From NCBI RefSeq assembly GCF_009914755.1, contig NC_060934.1: a DNA stretch of 64,000 bases. One strand, 5' to 3'. Below the pieces are notes generated by a model. The model made no database searches. It saw only the letters and a list, made by a program, of their open reading frames with translations, and was not told the DNA's origin. The stretch is from the human T2T-CHM13v2.0 reference genome, Homo sapiens. This document shows, piece by piece, positions 42,548-57,835 of this stretch (positions within the stretch are counted from its first letter, which is position 1; every line of letters begins with the position of its first letter). The translations under genes and the position numbers were made by a program.

Positions 42548-43032
42548 TTAAGTGAAAAAATATAAATATAATTCAATTAGACCTATAGGTTCTAAAGATA
42601 AAAGACCCATTTCAAACTGACTTTTAAAAAGACAGTGGGAAATTTATTAAGATGATGAAAAATCAAGATGTAACCTTCAGGTGAGTTCTAGCAGCTCAAA
42701 CAACATCACCAATGACTCAGATTCTCCACACCGCTCTATTCTGTTTTCCAAGTGATTGTTTTTGTCATTAGTATTACACTATGTTCCCTAGCCCAGTCAC
42801 CAAAACGACAGACTCTTCCTCATGCTTCCAGATCTCAGCTCTCATTCTCGCACTGTCCTGACCAGGGAAAGAATGAACTTTGTCATTCTTTCCCCATGGG
42901 CTCGGCAGACAATTGATTTCTTGCTCCTTGGCGGTTCTGTTTGGCTTGGGTGTCCATCTCTGATCATATCCTTGAGGGTAATAGGATGGAATCAGTTAAG
43001 TGGCTTAAGTCAATCAGGGTCTAAGTCTAGAT

Positions 43033-43278
43033 CAGTGGTTCTCAACCAATGGTGGGTGATTTTTCCCCTAAGGGAACATCTGGCAATGTTTGGAGACATT
43101 TTTAGTTGTCACACGGGAAGAGGATGCTACTGGCATTTAGGAGGTGGAGACCAGGAATGCTGCTAAATATCCTACAATGCACTGGACAATTGAAACCTAT
43201 GCCCCCCGACCCACCCATACGCTCACCAAAGAATTATTTGGCCCAAAATGTCCATAGTGCTGAGGTTGTGAAATTCTG
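43033..43278. mobile_element. MER20 hAT DNA transposon inside an old MLT1-like LTR
   Basis: cagtggttctcaacc...ggcaatgtttggagacatttt...aaaatgtccatagtgctgaggttg; NTCTAGAN-like target. Confidence 0.85.
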
Positions 43279-44503
43279 CTCTGGAGCCATCTTATCTAAA
43301 TTTCATGACTGAGAATGGGAAGGGGAGTTGTTTCTCAAAGAAGAATCAGAGTATAGTTCAGAAGGAAGGGAAAGTAATTAAACTATCAGCCATCAATTAC
43401 AGTATACTTAAAAAAGATTGAATAAATATATACACCAAATATTATCAGTAATGATTTGAGACAGTGTTCAATAATTTCTTTACATGCTTCTGTTTTCTAA
43501 TTTATCTAAAATGAAATTTTGTTAAATGTAAAAAGTCACTTGAAGAGAAAAGTACAAAAGAAGTATCTTTTCACCAAACAATCCTAACCTCTTCCAAAAT
43601 GGTATGCCTCAGTAGAGATTGGTTCCATGTGCATGCTTTTACCCACTTTTACTGTCAAGTATGAACTATTTTGTATTCTACTTTTTTCTCCTTGACATTA
43701 TTTCATGCAGACCATTCCATAAATCCAGGTAGTCTTCATATTTGACATTTTAATGGCTATATAATGTTTCATTGTATTGCTATGTCAAGATTTACTTAGT
43801 CATTTCCTGGCTGTTAATGACTCTGGATTCATCTGCCATTATGAAAAGCATAACTGTAAACTTCTCTGCAAAACTGGAGCTTTCTTTACTATTGATTTTT
43901 TCCCTTGGGATTTGCTCCACAAAGCCAATTTGCCAAATTGTCATCTTTAGTACATGTTGTCAGATTTCTTTCCAGAAAAAGTATGACCCTATTTCTACAG
44001 ACAGTGTATGAGTTCTTAAAGCTCTGGTAGCTTTAATTCCAAAAAAACACTATTATTAATAATTTAATATGCATGAGGCAATATATTAGGCCATTTTAAT
44101 TTTTAATTCTTTAATTATTATGGAAGCTAAACATTTTCCCAAGTGTTTGTTCACTATTTGTATTTTTCCTTGTGCAAACCATCTGTTCATATTCTTTAAC
44201 CATCTGTCCAGTCAGACCTGAAATTGGCCATATAGATAATATTAATTTCCCTAATATATATAATGTTAAATGTTTACTGTTATGTGTATTACAATACTCT
44301 CGTATTTTTATCATTTTAATTTTTCTAATTTGAGAGTAATCATTTTTTGTTCTTCATCTTGTGGTATGTATGTATGTACTTAAATTTCATTCACTTGAAC
44401 CTGTCAACCTTATCATTTGTTCAGTGCTAACTCCTTTTATTGCTTTTATTGTCCAAAAATTATTTTTATTTCAAAATGGATGTATGCAGTATTGTTTTAT
44501 TTC

Positions 44504-44537
44504 GTGTGTGTGTGTGTGTGTGTGTTTGTGTATGTGT
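44504..44537. repeat. (TG)n microsatellite
   Basis: Imperfect GT run. Confidence 0.9.
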
Positions 44538-45281
44538 GGTAGGGAAGTTTAAACTTTCCCTCTGAAGTGAGACTGCTGAAATAAACTGACAATAGAGTAG
44601 CAGAAGAAAAAGCATACAAATGTATTAAAGTGCACATGGTCACAAGACCCCCACAAATATGAGACTCAAAGAAAGGCCAAATTGTTGAAACTTATATATC
44701 TTCTTCATAGGGAAGAGGGCGATGGCGGAAACTTAGGCAATTTTGAGGGATTGTAAATAATTTTCAGGAAAATTGAATAGGCCCAAAGAGCAGACAGTAG
44801 TTTTTGAATTATTCTTTTCGGAAGAAGAATGGGACCCACAGTTATGGGAAGGTGAGGGGCAGAACTGTACTGTGAACAAAGGTTGTCCTATTATGCATTT
44901 AATTTTTATTTAAATAGTAAATATTTAAATAATCTTAAATAAATCTTAAATAATAAAGTAATCTCTCAGAGGTGCCATCAGAAGAACAGATAAAAAGTGT
45001 TTCAGGGCATAGTGATGACTTTTAGTCTTTCCTCTTCTCCAGTAGTTAATCTTTCCTGGTTATCTGATAAGATTCCTAGTAAAGAGATCTTAAGACAACT
45101 GCACTTCTTTTGGAAGACTCAGTGGGAGAAAGCCCTTCTCTTCACTTGTGGGGAAGAAATAAAAAGTTAGAAAGTCGTTGTTTCTGAGGCAGCTTCTAAA
45201 GCTTTCCAATTTCATTTAATTCAAAAATGCTCAGCATACCAGAGCACCATACTTGGGGGTATTGTACTCTGAGCTCTGACA
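44537..45281 (-). mobile_element. MER34-family ERV1 solo LTR
   Basis: Ends ttgggggtattgtactctgagctctgaca, the reverse complement of the MER34-type 5' end. Confidence 0.7.
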
Positions 45282-46375
45282 TGATACACATATCCACATA
45301 CTACTTTTAACTCAAAAAATAATTCTTTTGAAGTGAATTATTCATCTAAGCCTTAGACGCCAAGGTTACTTCCCCTGTATTGATAGTCACTTTCCCACAA
45401 AAAATATACTGAATAATTTTATATCCCCTTGTTTCTAATAGGTTAAATATGTATTAATTTCTGGAACCTCTTATCTCTCTGGACTATTTTTTGGTTATTA
45501 TTTCAATCAGAACACTGTTTTCATATCTACTCTTCCTTGATAAGCACTTTTAACATGTGAGAGGCTACTTCTCCAATATTATCTTTAACATAAAAGTCTA
45601 TTTTTATCCACATTTATTTCAGTTGTTATTTTTTCAATTCCTGTAAAGTAATCCATTGGGATTATAAGTGACATAGCTTAAATCTATAAGTTGAATGTAT
45701 TTTAACCTTCGTAATTTCAGCTCTTTGGTCAGCAAGTGTATCTTTCCATTTTTCACCACCCGTCATATAATTACAGACTGAAGAGAGTTTAGATATAATT
45801 TGAGTTCTAGTTCTAGGCCACCCTCCCCTGTATTCGTGTCATTTTCCAGATAATCAAACCAAGGCCCAGAGACTGGTTTGTCCAAAACATCTGTATCTGC
45901 TTAGGAGAACACCTAGAAATTGAACCCAGAGCTTATCCCATGCTATTTTTTTCTATCGAACCATTTATTTAAGTCTTCATTCACTGCCTTTAGAGCTTTA
46001 AAACTATATTTTATATATATTAGATGTTCCAGTTGGTTAGTTTCTAGGAATTCTCTAGATTGAGGTAAAACAAAAATGAGTATCGACATTGAACTTTGGG
46101 CAGATGGAAGCAGATAAAGTATTTTCAGTGCAGATTAATTGTGTAAAGCTTATTCCAGTCCCTCATTCTTTCCCAAATGGTTTTTGGTAGGGAAAAGCAA
46201 ATTGGCTTTTGCACTTATCTCCCATTTTTTGGTCATTCTATCCTATCTTTTAGGGATTTTATTATCAAATTTATAGTTTGCAGAGAAGTGTGTTGGATAT
46301 ACAAAGAGTCAAAGTTATAGAATTTTGCCTTTCCTGAAGATTCTCACAATCAAATTCAGGACATCAGATATACAC

Positions 46376-46870
46376 TGTGTCAACTTCATGAAACAGAAAA
46401 TCCCAGTAACAGTGATTTAAACAAAATATAGATTTATTGGTCTCTCATGTAATTGGAAATCTGAAGGCAGGCAATCCAAGACTAGCATATTGACTCCACA
46501 CTGTCTTCAGAATCCTGGGCTCCTTCATGTCTTCTACTTCTTTAAAATCAAGATGTGGGTCTCATCTTCATGTATACCAGAAGATTGCCAGTGCTCCAGC
46601 CATCATGACTAATTTCCAAGCAGAAACAAAAGACAGAGCAAAAGTCCAGTGCTGAGCCAGCTCCTCTTTAACTAGTTTTCCTGGTAGCTCCCAGTGATGT
46701 CTGCTCCTATCATTGCCCATAACAGCATCATATGATTGCCACCAACTACAAGGGAGCTGACAGATGTAACATTTTAGCTAGGCATATTGCTACTCTTAAT
46801 AAAATCAAAGATCTGTTTGTAAGTAGAGAGAGTGGATATCGGCCAGGCAAATGATAGTCTCTACCACTCA
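46376..46870 (-). mobile_element. Old MLT1 (J/K-like) MaLR LTR
   Basis: aacagaaaatcccagtaacagtgatttaaacaa...aataaaatcaaagatctgtt. Confidence 0.6.
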
Positions 46871-47611
46871 GTGTACAAAGTAAAAGGGAAAACATAAAGT
46901 AGAGTTTTGTTCAGGCTAAGACCATGTGTCCAAGAATGTGAGGTTAATGCATGGCCTTGATGGTTAAGTTGGATTCAGATAAATGGTGGTGAGAAGAGGG
47001 GACATTTTAAGACCAGTAAGGGCTTGATCACAGATGAGGTAAAGGTCCTCCTAGCAGGTGTAAAGGAGAATGGTGGTAGGGAGGGAGGGACTTCCTCTGT
47101 GCTTAGAATGTCTTTCTGGGAGTGTGAGGATATGTAGAAATGCAAGGATAGATTGGTTATCAGCTCTGTTTACCAATTACCGTTGTCCTCATTAAATCTT
47201 CAATAACAACTAACGTTTATTAAAACCAAGTATGTACCAAAGGGTTTGCTAGGTGTTTTAACGTATGTTGTATCTAATCCTTACAATAACCCCATTTTGG
47301 GGATAAGAAAACTGATCTGTCACAGGTTGAATACTTGATCAAGCTCATGCGTCTTTTAAATTTAAGATATTCTGACTTGAATGTGTTTTACACCAGACTC
47401 CATGATTTTTTTCCCACAATGTCACAATGTTAAGTTAATTTATTAACTTTGCTTGGGATTGGGGGTGAAGGTGGGTGAGTTAAACTGGTATTCCTTGATA
47501 TTTTCTAAATTCTAAACTTTAGGGGAACTTTACAAACTCTTCAACTAACTAGCAGTGTGATCATAGACAAGGTACTTATCCTCTCTGGATTTGAATTTGT
47601 TTACTTATTAC

Positions 47612-50174
<2,563 letters not shown>

Positions 50175-50180
<6 letters not shown>

Positions 50181-50560
50181 GAGGGGGGCAGGGCGAGGGA
50201 GGAGCAGGAGTGGGAGAAGCTGGGAGATGCAGAGATGGGTTGGGGAGGGTCTCATGGAAGGGAAGGGAGAGAGGAAGGGGGAGAGGAAGGGGGAGGAAAG
50301 GCGAGGGGAAAAGGAGAGGAAGAGGGAGGGGGAGAGAGAGGCAGAGTGGGAGGAAAGAGGGGCGGGGACCTGGGAGGGCCCAGGGCACATAGTGGGAGGA
50401 GCAGGTGGGAAGGAGGGAAGGAGGGAGGGGCAGGGGAGGGAGAAGAGGGGGAGGGAGACGAGGGGACTGGCGGTGTGGGCGGAGCGTGGGGAGGGAGGCC
50501 GACTAGCGCAGGCGGACGGGAGAGAATGGGGGAGGGGTGGGATGGGAGCAGGGGCAGAGA
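50175..50560 (+). repeat. G/A-rich low-complexity purine tract with G-quadruplex motifs
   Basis: 50256-50341 is all purine except one C; GGGAGGGGCAGGGGAGGG at 50423-50440; GGGGGAGGGGTGGGATGGG at 50528-50546. Confidence 0.85.
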
Positions 50561-51150
50561 CGGGCAGAGGGCAGAGGGCGGAGCGGCGCCGGAGCGGGCG
50601 TCATGGCGCGGCTCCTCTGGTTGCTCCGGGGCCTGACCCTCGGAACTGCGCCTCGGCGGGCGGTGCGGGGCCAAGCGGGCGGCGGCGGGCCCGGCACCGG
50701 GCCGGGACTGGGGGAGGCAGGTAGGACGCGGGTCCCGCAGGCCCCGCCGCCGCCTACGGCTTTCGGCTTCATTTCACCGGCTGCACCCGGGAGCCTAGGG
50801 CCGGTCCAGGCCGGGCGCTGCCCTCCTACTAAGCCCTCCTCGGCGCGCCCCTCCCCCCCCCAGCCCGAGGATCTGGGACAGTGGATTGTAAACTTGGTGG
50901 CGGCAGGGTGGGGACTGACCCCTGTGAGAATCCGAGGAAATGAACAAATGATCCCCCTAAATGTGCGCATAATTTTTTTTTTCTTGGCTCGGGGAGTGGG
51001 GGCATAAGTGGGGCTCGGGGGCCCCTGACCCCTATCGGGGACTCCAGGCGAAGGCCCGGGGCCTGGGCTGTAGCAGCCCGGCCCGCGCGCCCCTGCGAAG
51101 GCCCCTAGTATTTTGCATTGCAGCCCTCTTCGTAGTTCCGCGGGCTTCCT
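50470..51150. promoter_or_regulatory. MSRB2: CpG island promoter of MSRB2 with GC boxes
   Basis: Abrupt rise in GC and CpG density; GGGCGG motifs (about 50477 and 50576); no TATA box; spans exon 1. Confidence 0.92.
50603..50720 (+). CDS. MSRB2: MSRB2 coding exon 1 (mitochondrial targeting peptide, MARLLWLLRGLTLGTAPRRAVRGQAGGGGPGTGPGLGEA+G)
   Basis: ATG in gtcATGG context inside a CpG island; translation matches the human MSRB2 N-terminus; ends at donor CAG|gtagga (118 nt, phase 1). Confidence 0.97.
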
Positions 51151-51319
51151 TCCAGCATCTGAGAAGCAGGCAGTTCAGACTTGGGGTTCCTGTGAGTGTT
51201 TCCTGCCCTGCTGACTTCCCATAAATGTGTCTAAGAGCCAGGGAGACTGGGTTGATCATTTGTTCCTTCTTTAAGGTGACAGCCATTGTTAATGACTGAG
51301 ACAGAGACCAGGGCGAGCC

Positions 51320-51331
51320 TGTGTGTGTGTG

Positions 51332-51382
<51 letters not shown>
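51320..51382. repeat. Compound microsatellite (GT)6(CT)9(GT)16 in MSRB2 intron 1
   Basis: Read directly. Confidence 0.96.
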
Positions 51383-51384
<2 letters not shown>

Positions 51385-52308
51385 CTGCTAAATACTTTTG
51401 GATCCTCTCTTGGATCTGGGTACCTGCACATTTCACCAAGCAGGAAGGAGTCACCTCGGGAGACCTGTGCCAGCTACCCCTGTATTTCAGTTCTATTTCA
51501 GGGTAACTTAGTGCCCCAGGGGATTGGCTTCCTGGGCGGTTGCCAGACTGACCCACTCTGAATCCAATTTTATATGTGTTCATTGAAGACATTCAGAGAT
51601 ACCCAACTGATGAAAATGTACCAACTCATTCTGAGCTCTTTTTAGCCCCTGAAGTTTTCGAAATGCAATATTGAAAGAATACGTAACTAAATAAAAGCGT
51701 TGGCGTTGTGGAATGTTAGCTCATCCAACATGACTTCCAGCTATGGCCTTTCTAATCACTGGTGTCTCTAGTCAGTCTGATGACATTTGTTGTGAGCCTA
51801 CTGTGTGCCAAGCATTGTATTGCTGAGAACCACAGGTGATAGAAACAGGTCACAGTTACCGACGAGCTCTCTATAACCCCTTGAAAAAGGATGGTGGTTT
51901 TAGCGGTAACTACTTCATGGCTGTAATTGCTGCTGTCAGAAGCAGCCTAATGCATTGCCCTGGGATCTGAAGTTCTCCAGCAACAATAAAATTTGGCCAG
52001 CCACCAGTAGGTAACAGGAGCTGTGTACCTTATCAGACACCCCTCCTGGGAATCTATTCGAAGGAAATAGTTCAAAAGAAGAACAAAGAGATATATGCAA
52101 AGATGCTTTAAGCACTAGTCTCTTACAAAATGGAAACTGGCTGTAACCCAAATCAGTTAAGAAATACTTACGTAAATCATGAAAATTCAATCCAACAAAC
52201 TGTTAGGCAGCCATTAAAAATGATAAACAGGGAGTAGTTCTGTGGTGAAGGGCTTGGGTATGAATAGATGCAGATTTTGAGTCTTGGCTCTCGGTTACTT
52301 CCTGGCTC

Positions 52309-52638
52309 TGTGTCTGAGCTCAGGCTGCTATTGCAAAACACCGTGGACTGGGTGGCTTCAACAACATTTTCTCACAGTTCTGGAGGCTGGGAAGTCCAAG
52401 ATCAAGGTGGGAACAGATTTGGTTCCTGATGCAGACCTGCTTCCTGGCTTGCAGTTGACTGCCTTCTCACTCTGCCTTCAGGTGACTGTCTCAGGAAGGA
52501 CCACTAATCCCTCAAGAGAGCCTCACCTTTATGATCTAATCTAAAACTAATAACCTCCCAAGCCCCACCTCCACATTCCATCTCATTGGGAGTTAGGGCT
52601 TTAGCATATGGGAGTGGGGAGAGGAGCAGGGAGAACAT
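52309..52638 (-). mobile_element. MLT1A/MST-like MaLR LTR
   Basis: ttctcacagttctggaggctgggaagtccaagatcaagg. Confidence 0.8.
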
Positions 52639-53826
52639 ATAATATTCAGTTTGTAACAATGTCTTTGGACATGTTTCTTGAATTTGGAAAGTTTAAACTT
52701 CAGATTTTTTTTCCTTCTGTCAAATAAGGATAATGATAATGGTAGGGTTGTTGTAAAGAATAACTTTTTAATTAAATATTTTGTTACAATGCTTGACACT
52801 TAGGCACACAATAAATGTTAGTTATGATTACATAAATAAGTGGAAAGGACAAAAATGTAGCTACATTTAACTTACATCATGGGCTTCGGGAGTGTTGAGA
52901 GAGAGGGAGACATTGGGAGGGGGGAAATGAGAAGATATTGAAATGACAGTATTTTTTTCCAGTGCTGCAATTTCTCATATGCTTAGAGTGATTTTTTTTA
53001 ATCCAGATTGACAAAGAGCAAACTGAAAAAGGAAAGTAAGAAATATTCTGGAGCAAAAAATCTGTTGCTTCAGGAAAATATTCTTTCTAGAGATGACTAT
53101 GCTAGGAAACTGTCCTGGGCATAGGGTTAAAATAGTCCAGGCACTGGTGGGAGAGACTAGTTCTGCAGATCAGAATGGGCTGGGGATTCTTTTAATACCA
53201 GTTTCTAAAGAGTTCCATTAGATTCAACACATTATTTATCAAAATGGAGTGGGCTTATGTGTGACAATTGGCAGTATAGCAACTGTGGCCAGGAAGGTTA
53301 GCAAAACCCGAAGGAGGCACCCAGTAGGTGACCATAGGACCAAGAGTGGATTTCCTTAGGGATGAAAAAATCGAAGCCCACCCCGTAGAACTTCTGACCA
53401 ACAAGATATATGGCCTGTGCAAATCACAGCACACAGAGAGAAGGGAACTCCAAGGAATTTGAGTTTATTAAGGCATAATTCAAAGTAAAGCTGTGTAGTT
53501 ATCTCATGCAATAGCAGCAACCGATAAATGTTTTCATAGTGAAGATAGCAAGAGAATGTAGAGGGAATCTGGAAAATGTGTAGCCCCCAAAGGATGAGCA
53601 CGTGGTGCAGAGGACAGAAAATACCTGCACACACACAGAAAAGGACACAGCCAGTGTTGAAACCTCTCTCTAGCCACGGTAGCCAGAAGACTTGACTCAT
53701 TCCCAAGTGAGAGACCTTGTCGTGTATCTAATTTACACGTGCCTAAATTGCTGTTTGATAAAACTGCTCAGAATTTACTCATACTGTAATTTTTATTTAA
53801 ACTTTGGTTGTTTTCTAAAGCCCCAG

Positions 53827-54213
53827 TGTGTTCATTTGCTAGGGATCCCATAACAAAATATCACAGGCTGGGCAGCTTAAACGATGGAATTCATTTTCAT
53901 ACGGTTCTGGAGGCTGGAAGTCCAAGGCCAAGACTTGTCCTGAGATTTGTCCTGAGACCTCTTTCCTTAACTTGGGGATAGCTGCCTTCTTGCTGTGTCC
54001 CCAGGCGGCCTTTTCTCTGCTGTCCCTTCCTCTTATGAGGACACCAGTCTTATTGGACCAGGGCCCCCTCTTAATGGCCTCATTTTGACATGATTGCCTC
54101 TTTAAAGGCCCTGTCTCTAAATGCAGTCACATTTTAAAGTACTGGGGATTAGGACTTCAACATATGAATTTGGAAGTTGGCGGGCAGGGAGTGTCACAAT
54201 TCAGCTCATAACA
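53827..54213 (-). mobile_element. MLT1A0-like MaLR LTR
   Basis: ccataacaaaatatcacaggctggg...aggacttcaacatatgaatttgg. Confidence 0.8.
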
Positions 54214-54573
54214 TCCACGTCAAAGAAACCTCTTAAAGTGATACAGCCCACATATAACCTGACCTGGGTGTACCCAACTGAGCGTTCATCATTTTGCTAT
54301 CAAAGCAAAGTCTGTCTGCCCTTGACTGAGCCTTCTAGGCTGGCAAATTCTGCAGCTAAATGTTGCATAATTGGTGCTTGAACAAGAACTAGTCTAAACA
54401 TTATTGCCTACCCACTAAAGTTTTCGCACACATTAAAAATAGTGTAAAAGGTCCACATTGATAAGGATTAAAAGAACCATTAAAAATGTCCTTTCCATAT
54501 TGTACTTAGATGAAGGCTTAATTCTTTTGGTTAGCAATTTAAATACTAGTTATATATTTTAAACTTAAAAAGA

Positions 54574-54749
54574 AAATATTATGGCGTGGCACTGTGTCAC
54601 GCACCTGTAGTCTCAGCTACTTGGGAGGCTGAGGAAGGAAAATCGCTTGAGTCCAGGCATTCAAGGCTGTAGTGTGCTTTGATCATGCGTATGAATAGCC
54701 ATTGTGCTCCATTCTGGGCAACACAGTGAGACTCGGTCTCTTAAAAAAA
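54574..54749 (+). mobile_element. Alu right monomer (FRAM-like)
   Basis: Single diverged arm. Confidence 0.8.
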
Positions 54750-55430
54750 TTAGGGCAGAGGGAGAAGGTGGTGTCTGAAGAACAGATAGTCACTCTCTAA
54801 TACGTGTAACAAAATATAGAGGTGTGGGAGAGGGAGCTGGGAACCCAGACCAACTCAAGCCTTAGGTTCAAAGCGAAAGAAGTACATGTTTTAAAGCTCA
54901 ATTCATGAGAGTCCCACTGACTTTTAGCTCTTCTCTAATTCCCACTTTCCAGTGTCAGCTACTATAGTGTACTGCCTGTTGAGTCACACTAAGGACAGTG
55001 CTTCCAGGAGACAATAGGGTTTTTTTCTAAGCCCATTCCACTTCCTGCCTGAAAGGAGACAGGAAGATAAAGCCAGCTTCACAGACTGTAAATTCCAACC
55101 TTTGTACCTGAAGTTGGTCCTCTTACCTATCTACAGGAATAATGCAAGATCTTTGCCAAAGCTAAGAGGAGGGTGTTTTATCATGATGCGTTTAGTCCTT
55201 TCCTTGACAAATGTCAATGATAGCCAGAGATTAGGTCTCACAAATTCCCCCACGGGACCAGAGTTTAGATCTGGGAGGAGGAACCCAGGACATACACTCT
55301 TTCTAGCAAAGCCTGTTCTTGCTCTTTTTAGTGCCTCTGGCTAAAGCATTCTCTTTTTAAATCATTTGAGGTGGCCAAGAAGAGACAGGATCCTGAACAG
55401 AAGTGGCAAAAAAACAGACAGGAAGAGGCT

Positions 55431-55819
55431 TGTATTAGTTTGTTTTCACAGTGCTATAAAGAAATACCAGAGACTGGGTAATTTAGGAAGGAAAGAGGTT
55501 TAATTGGCTTACGGTTCCACAGGCTGTACAGGAAGCATGGCTGGGGAGGCCTCGGGAAACTTACAATCATGATGTAAGGTGAAGAGGAAGCAAGCACATA
55601 AGCAAGCACATCTTACATGGTCAGAGCAGGAGGAAGAGAGAGAGGGGGAGGTGAACTTTTAAACAACCAGATCTCTCGATAACTCACTATCACGAGAACA
55701 GCACCAAAGGGGAAATATGTCCCCATGATTTAATCACCTCCCACCAGGCCCCACCTCCAACACTGAGGATTACAATGTCACATGAGATTTGGGTAGGGAC
55801 ACAGAGCCAAACCATATCA
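55431..55819 (-). mobile_element. MSTA MaLR LTR with TSD GAGGC-like
   Basis: tgtattagtttgttttcacagtgctataaag...aaaccatatca. Confidence 0.88.
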
Positions 55820-55999
55820 GAGGCAGTCACTCGTTCCACTGTGACAAGATGGAAAAAGGGTAGATGTAGGTATTAGTAAGTGTGATGGTTTGGTAGCCAG
55901 AAGGTTTGTGGCTTTTGATTTTGCAAAAGTGAAATCTGTTGAGAGGAAGGGGAGACGTAGTAGATAGATACCATGGTTTGAGGAGAGTGGAAAAGGTTT

Positions 56000-56631
56000 T
56001 TTGTTTTGTTTTGTTTTGTTTTGTTTAATTTCAATAGCTTTTGGGCGAACAGGTGTTTTGTTACATGAATAAGTTCTTTCTTTAATGGTGATTTATCAGA
56101 TTTTGGTGTACTCATCACCCGAGCAGTGTACATGGTACCCAATGTGTAGTCTTTTATTCCTCATCCCCCTCACACCCTTTCTTCTCTGAGTCCCCAAAGT
56201 CTATTGTATCATTCTTATGCCTTTGCATCCTCATAGCTCAGCTCCCACTTATGAATGAGAACATACGATGTTTGGTTTTTCATTCCTGACTTACTTCACT
56301 TAGAATAATAGTCTCCAATTCCATCCAAGTTGCTGTGAATGCCATTATTTTGTTCCTTTTTATGGCTGAGTAGTATTCCATAGTCTATATATATACCATC
56401 ATTTCTTTATCCACTAGTTGATTGATGGGCATTTGTGTTGGCTCCATATTTTTGCAATTGCAAATTGTGCTACTATAAACGTGTGTGCAGGTATCTTTTT
56501 CATGTAATGACTTCTTTGCCTCTGGGTAGATACCCAGTAGTGGGATTGCTGGATTAAATGGTATTCTACTTTTAGTTCTTTAAAGAATCTCCACACTGTT
56601 TTCCATAGTGGTTGTACTAGTTTACATTCCT
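56000..56631 (-). mobile_element. 5'-truncated L1PB-type 3' end with 17-bp TSD GAGAGTGGAAAAGGTTT
   Basis: TSD at 55983-55999 and 56632-56648; (TTTTG)n tail; ORF2 C-terminus ECKLVQPLWKTVWRFFKEL. Confidence 0.9.
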
Positions 56632-56824
56632 GAGAGTGGAAAAGGTTTAAAACACTCATTGCAGAGAAATGGGAAGAGAGCTGACTGGGGAAAGATGGTT
56701 CCATGGTTCACTGAAACCCCAGTGAGATGAGTAACTTTGAGTTTATAAGGACAACCCTCTCCCCAGGTGGGGGATTTTCTCCAGTAGTGCTTGATGGTAC
56801 ACGGGTAGCCATGGAGAAGATAGT

Positions 56825-57835
56825 TTTTTAAATAAGCTTTTTTATTTTGGAATAATTTTAGATTTATAGACAAGTTATAAAGACAGTACAGAGTTCTCAA
56901 GACCCCTCATCCGGATCCCCCTGGTAATCTTCTGACATCATCATAGTACATTTGTCAAAACTGTCTCTGTCTTTCATGACCTTTACAGTTTTGGGGAGGA
57001 CTGGTCAGGTTCCTTGTAGAATGTCCCTCAGTCTGGGATTGTTTGATGTTTCTCCTCACAATTAAACTGGGATTATGGGCTATTAGGAAAAATCTCATAG
57101 AGATGCAGTTCCTTTCTAGATTCATGTGCTCTTCCCCATCTCTCTCCCCAACACTGAGACACACACGCGCAAACGTACACTCACACACTCACACTTACTT
57201 ATTTATATTTCTCTTGCTAAACCATTTGAGAGTTGCAGACATCATGACACTTTACTGCTAAATATTTCGGCATGTTTCCTAAGACCAAAGATGTTTTCCT
57301 ACAAAACTGCAAGACAGTTTTCCTCTCAGGAAATTGAGCACCCTTGTCTAATACACAGTTGATATTCAAATTTCCCACCATATACCAACAATGTCTTTTA
57401 TAGCTCTTGTTTTTTTTTCTGGGATCTAGAATTTAATAAAGGGTCACACATTGGTTTTAGTTGTGGACAGTCCTTCTTTTGAATAATTTCCCTCAATTTT
57501 CACTTATGTGATTTTTTCTTCATGAGACACTGATTGAATGTTTTCAGCAGGAAAACTTTACTGGTGATGTTGTGTCCTTTCCAGAGCATCACATCAGGAA
57601 GACAGGATGTCACTTGTCCCACTGTTGGTGATGCTAACTTAGCCTACTTGGTTAAAGTAGTGGCATTTTCTTTTTTGTAATTAATAAACTTTGGGGTTGT
57701 ATTTTGAGAAGATGTGACTATCTGTTCCCCAGTAGTCTTTCACCCAGGGGTTTTAGAATCCTCTGATGATTTTTACAAAATGGTGATTTTAAAAATTCTA
57801 TACTTCCTTCTTCATTTATTACTTGACATTCTGCG
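56825..57835 (-). mobile_element. Old L1MC/ME 3' fragments
   Basis: ttattttggaataattttagatttatag...; tgtagaatgtccctcagtctggg. Confidence 0.65.

Noticed and set aside
50537-51007. 156-aa ORF suggesting an N-terminally extended or intron-retaining MSRB2
   Set aside because: Starts at GTG and runs through the exon 1 donor; the true CDS is ATG 50603 spliced at 50720
50252-51592. Long minus-strand ORFs (140, 155 and 186 aa)
   Set aside because: Low-complexity Pro/Ser or THTH/ERER repeats from the CpG island and microsatellite; no sign of a coding gene
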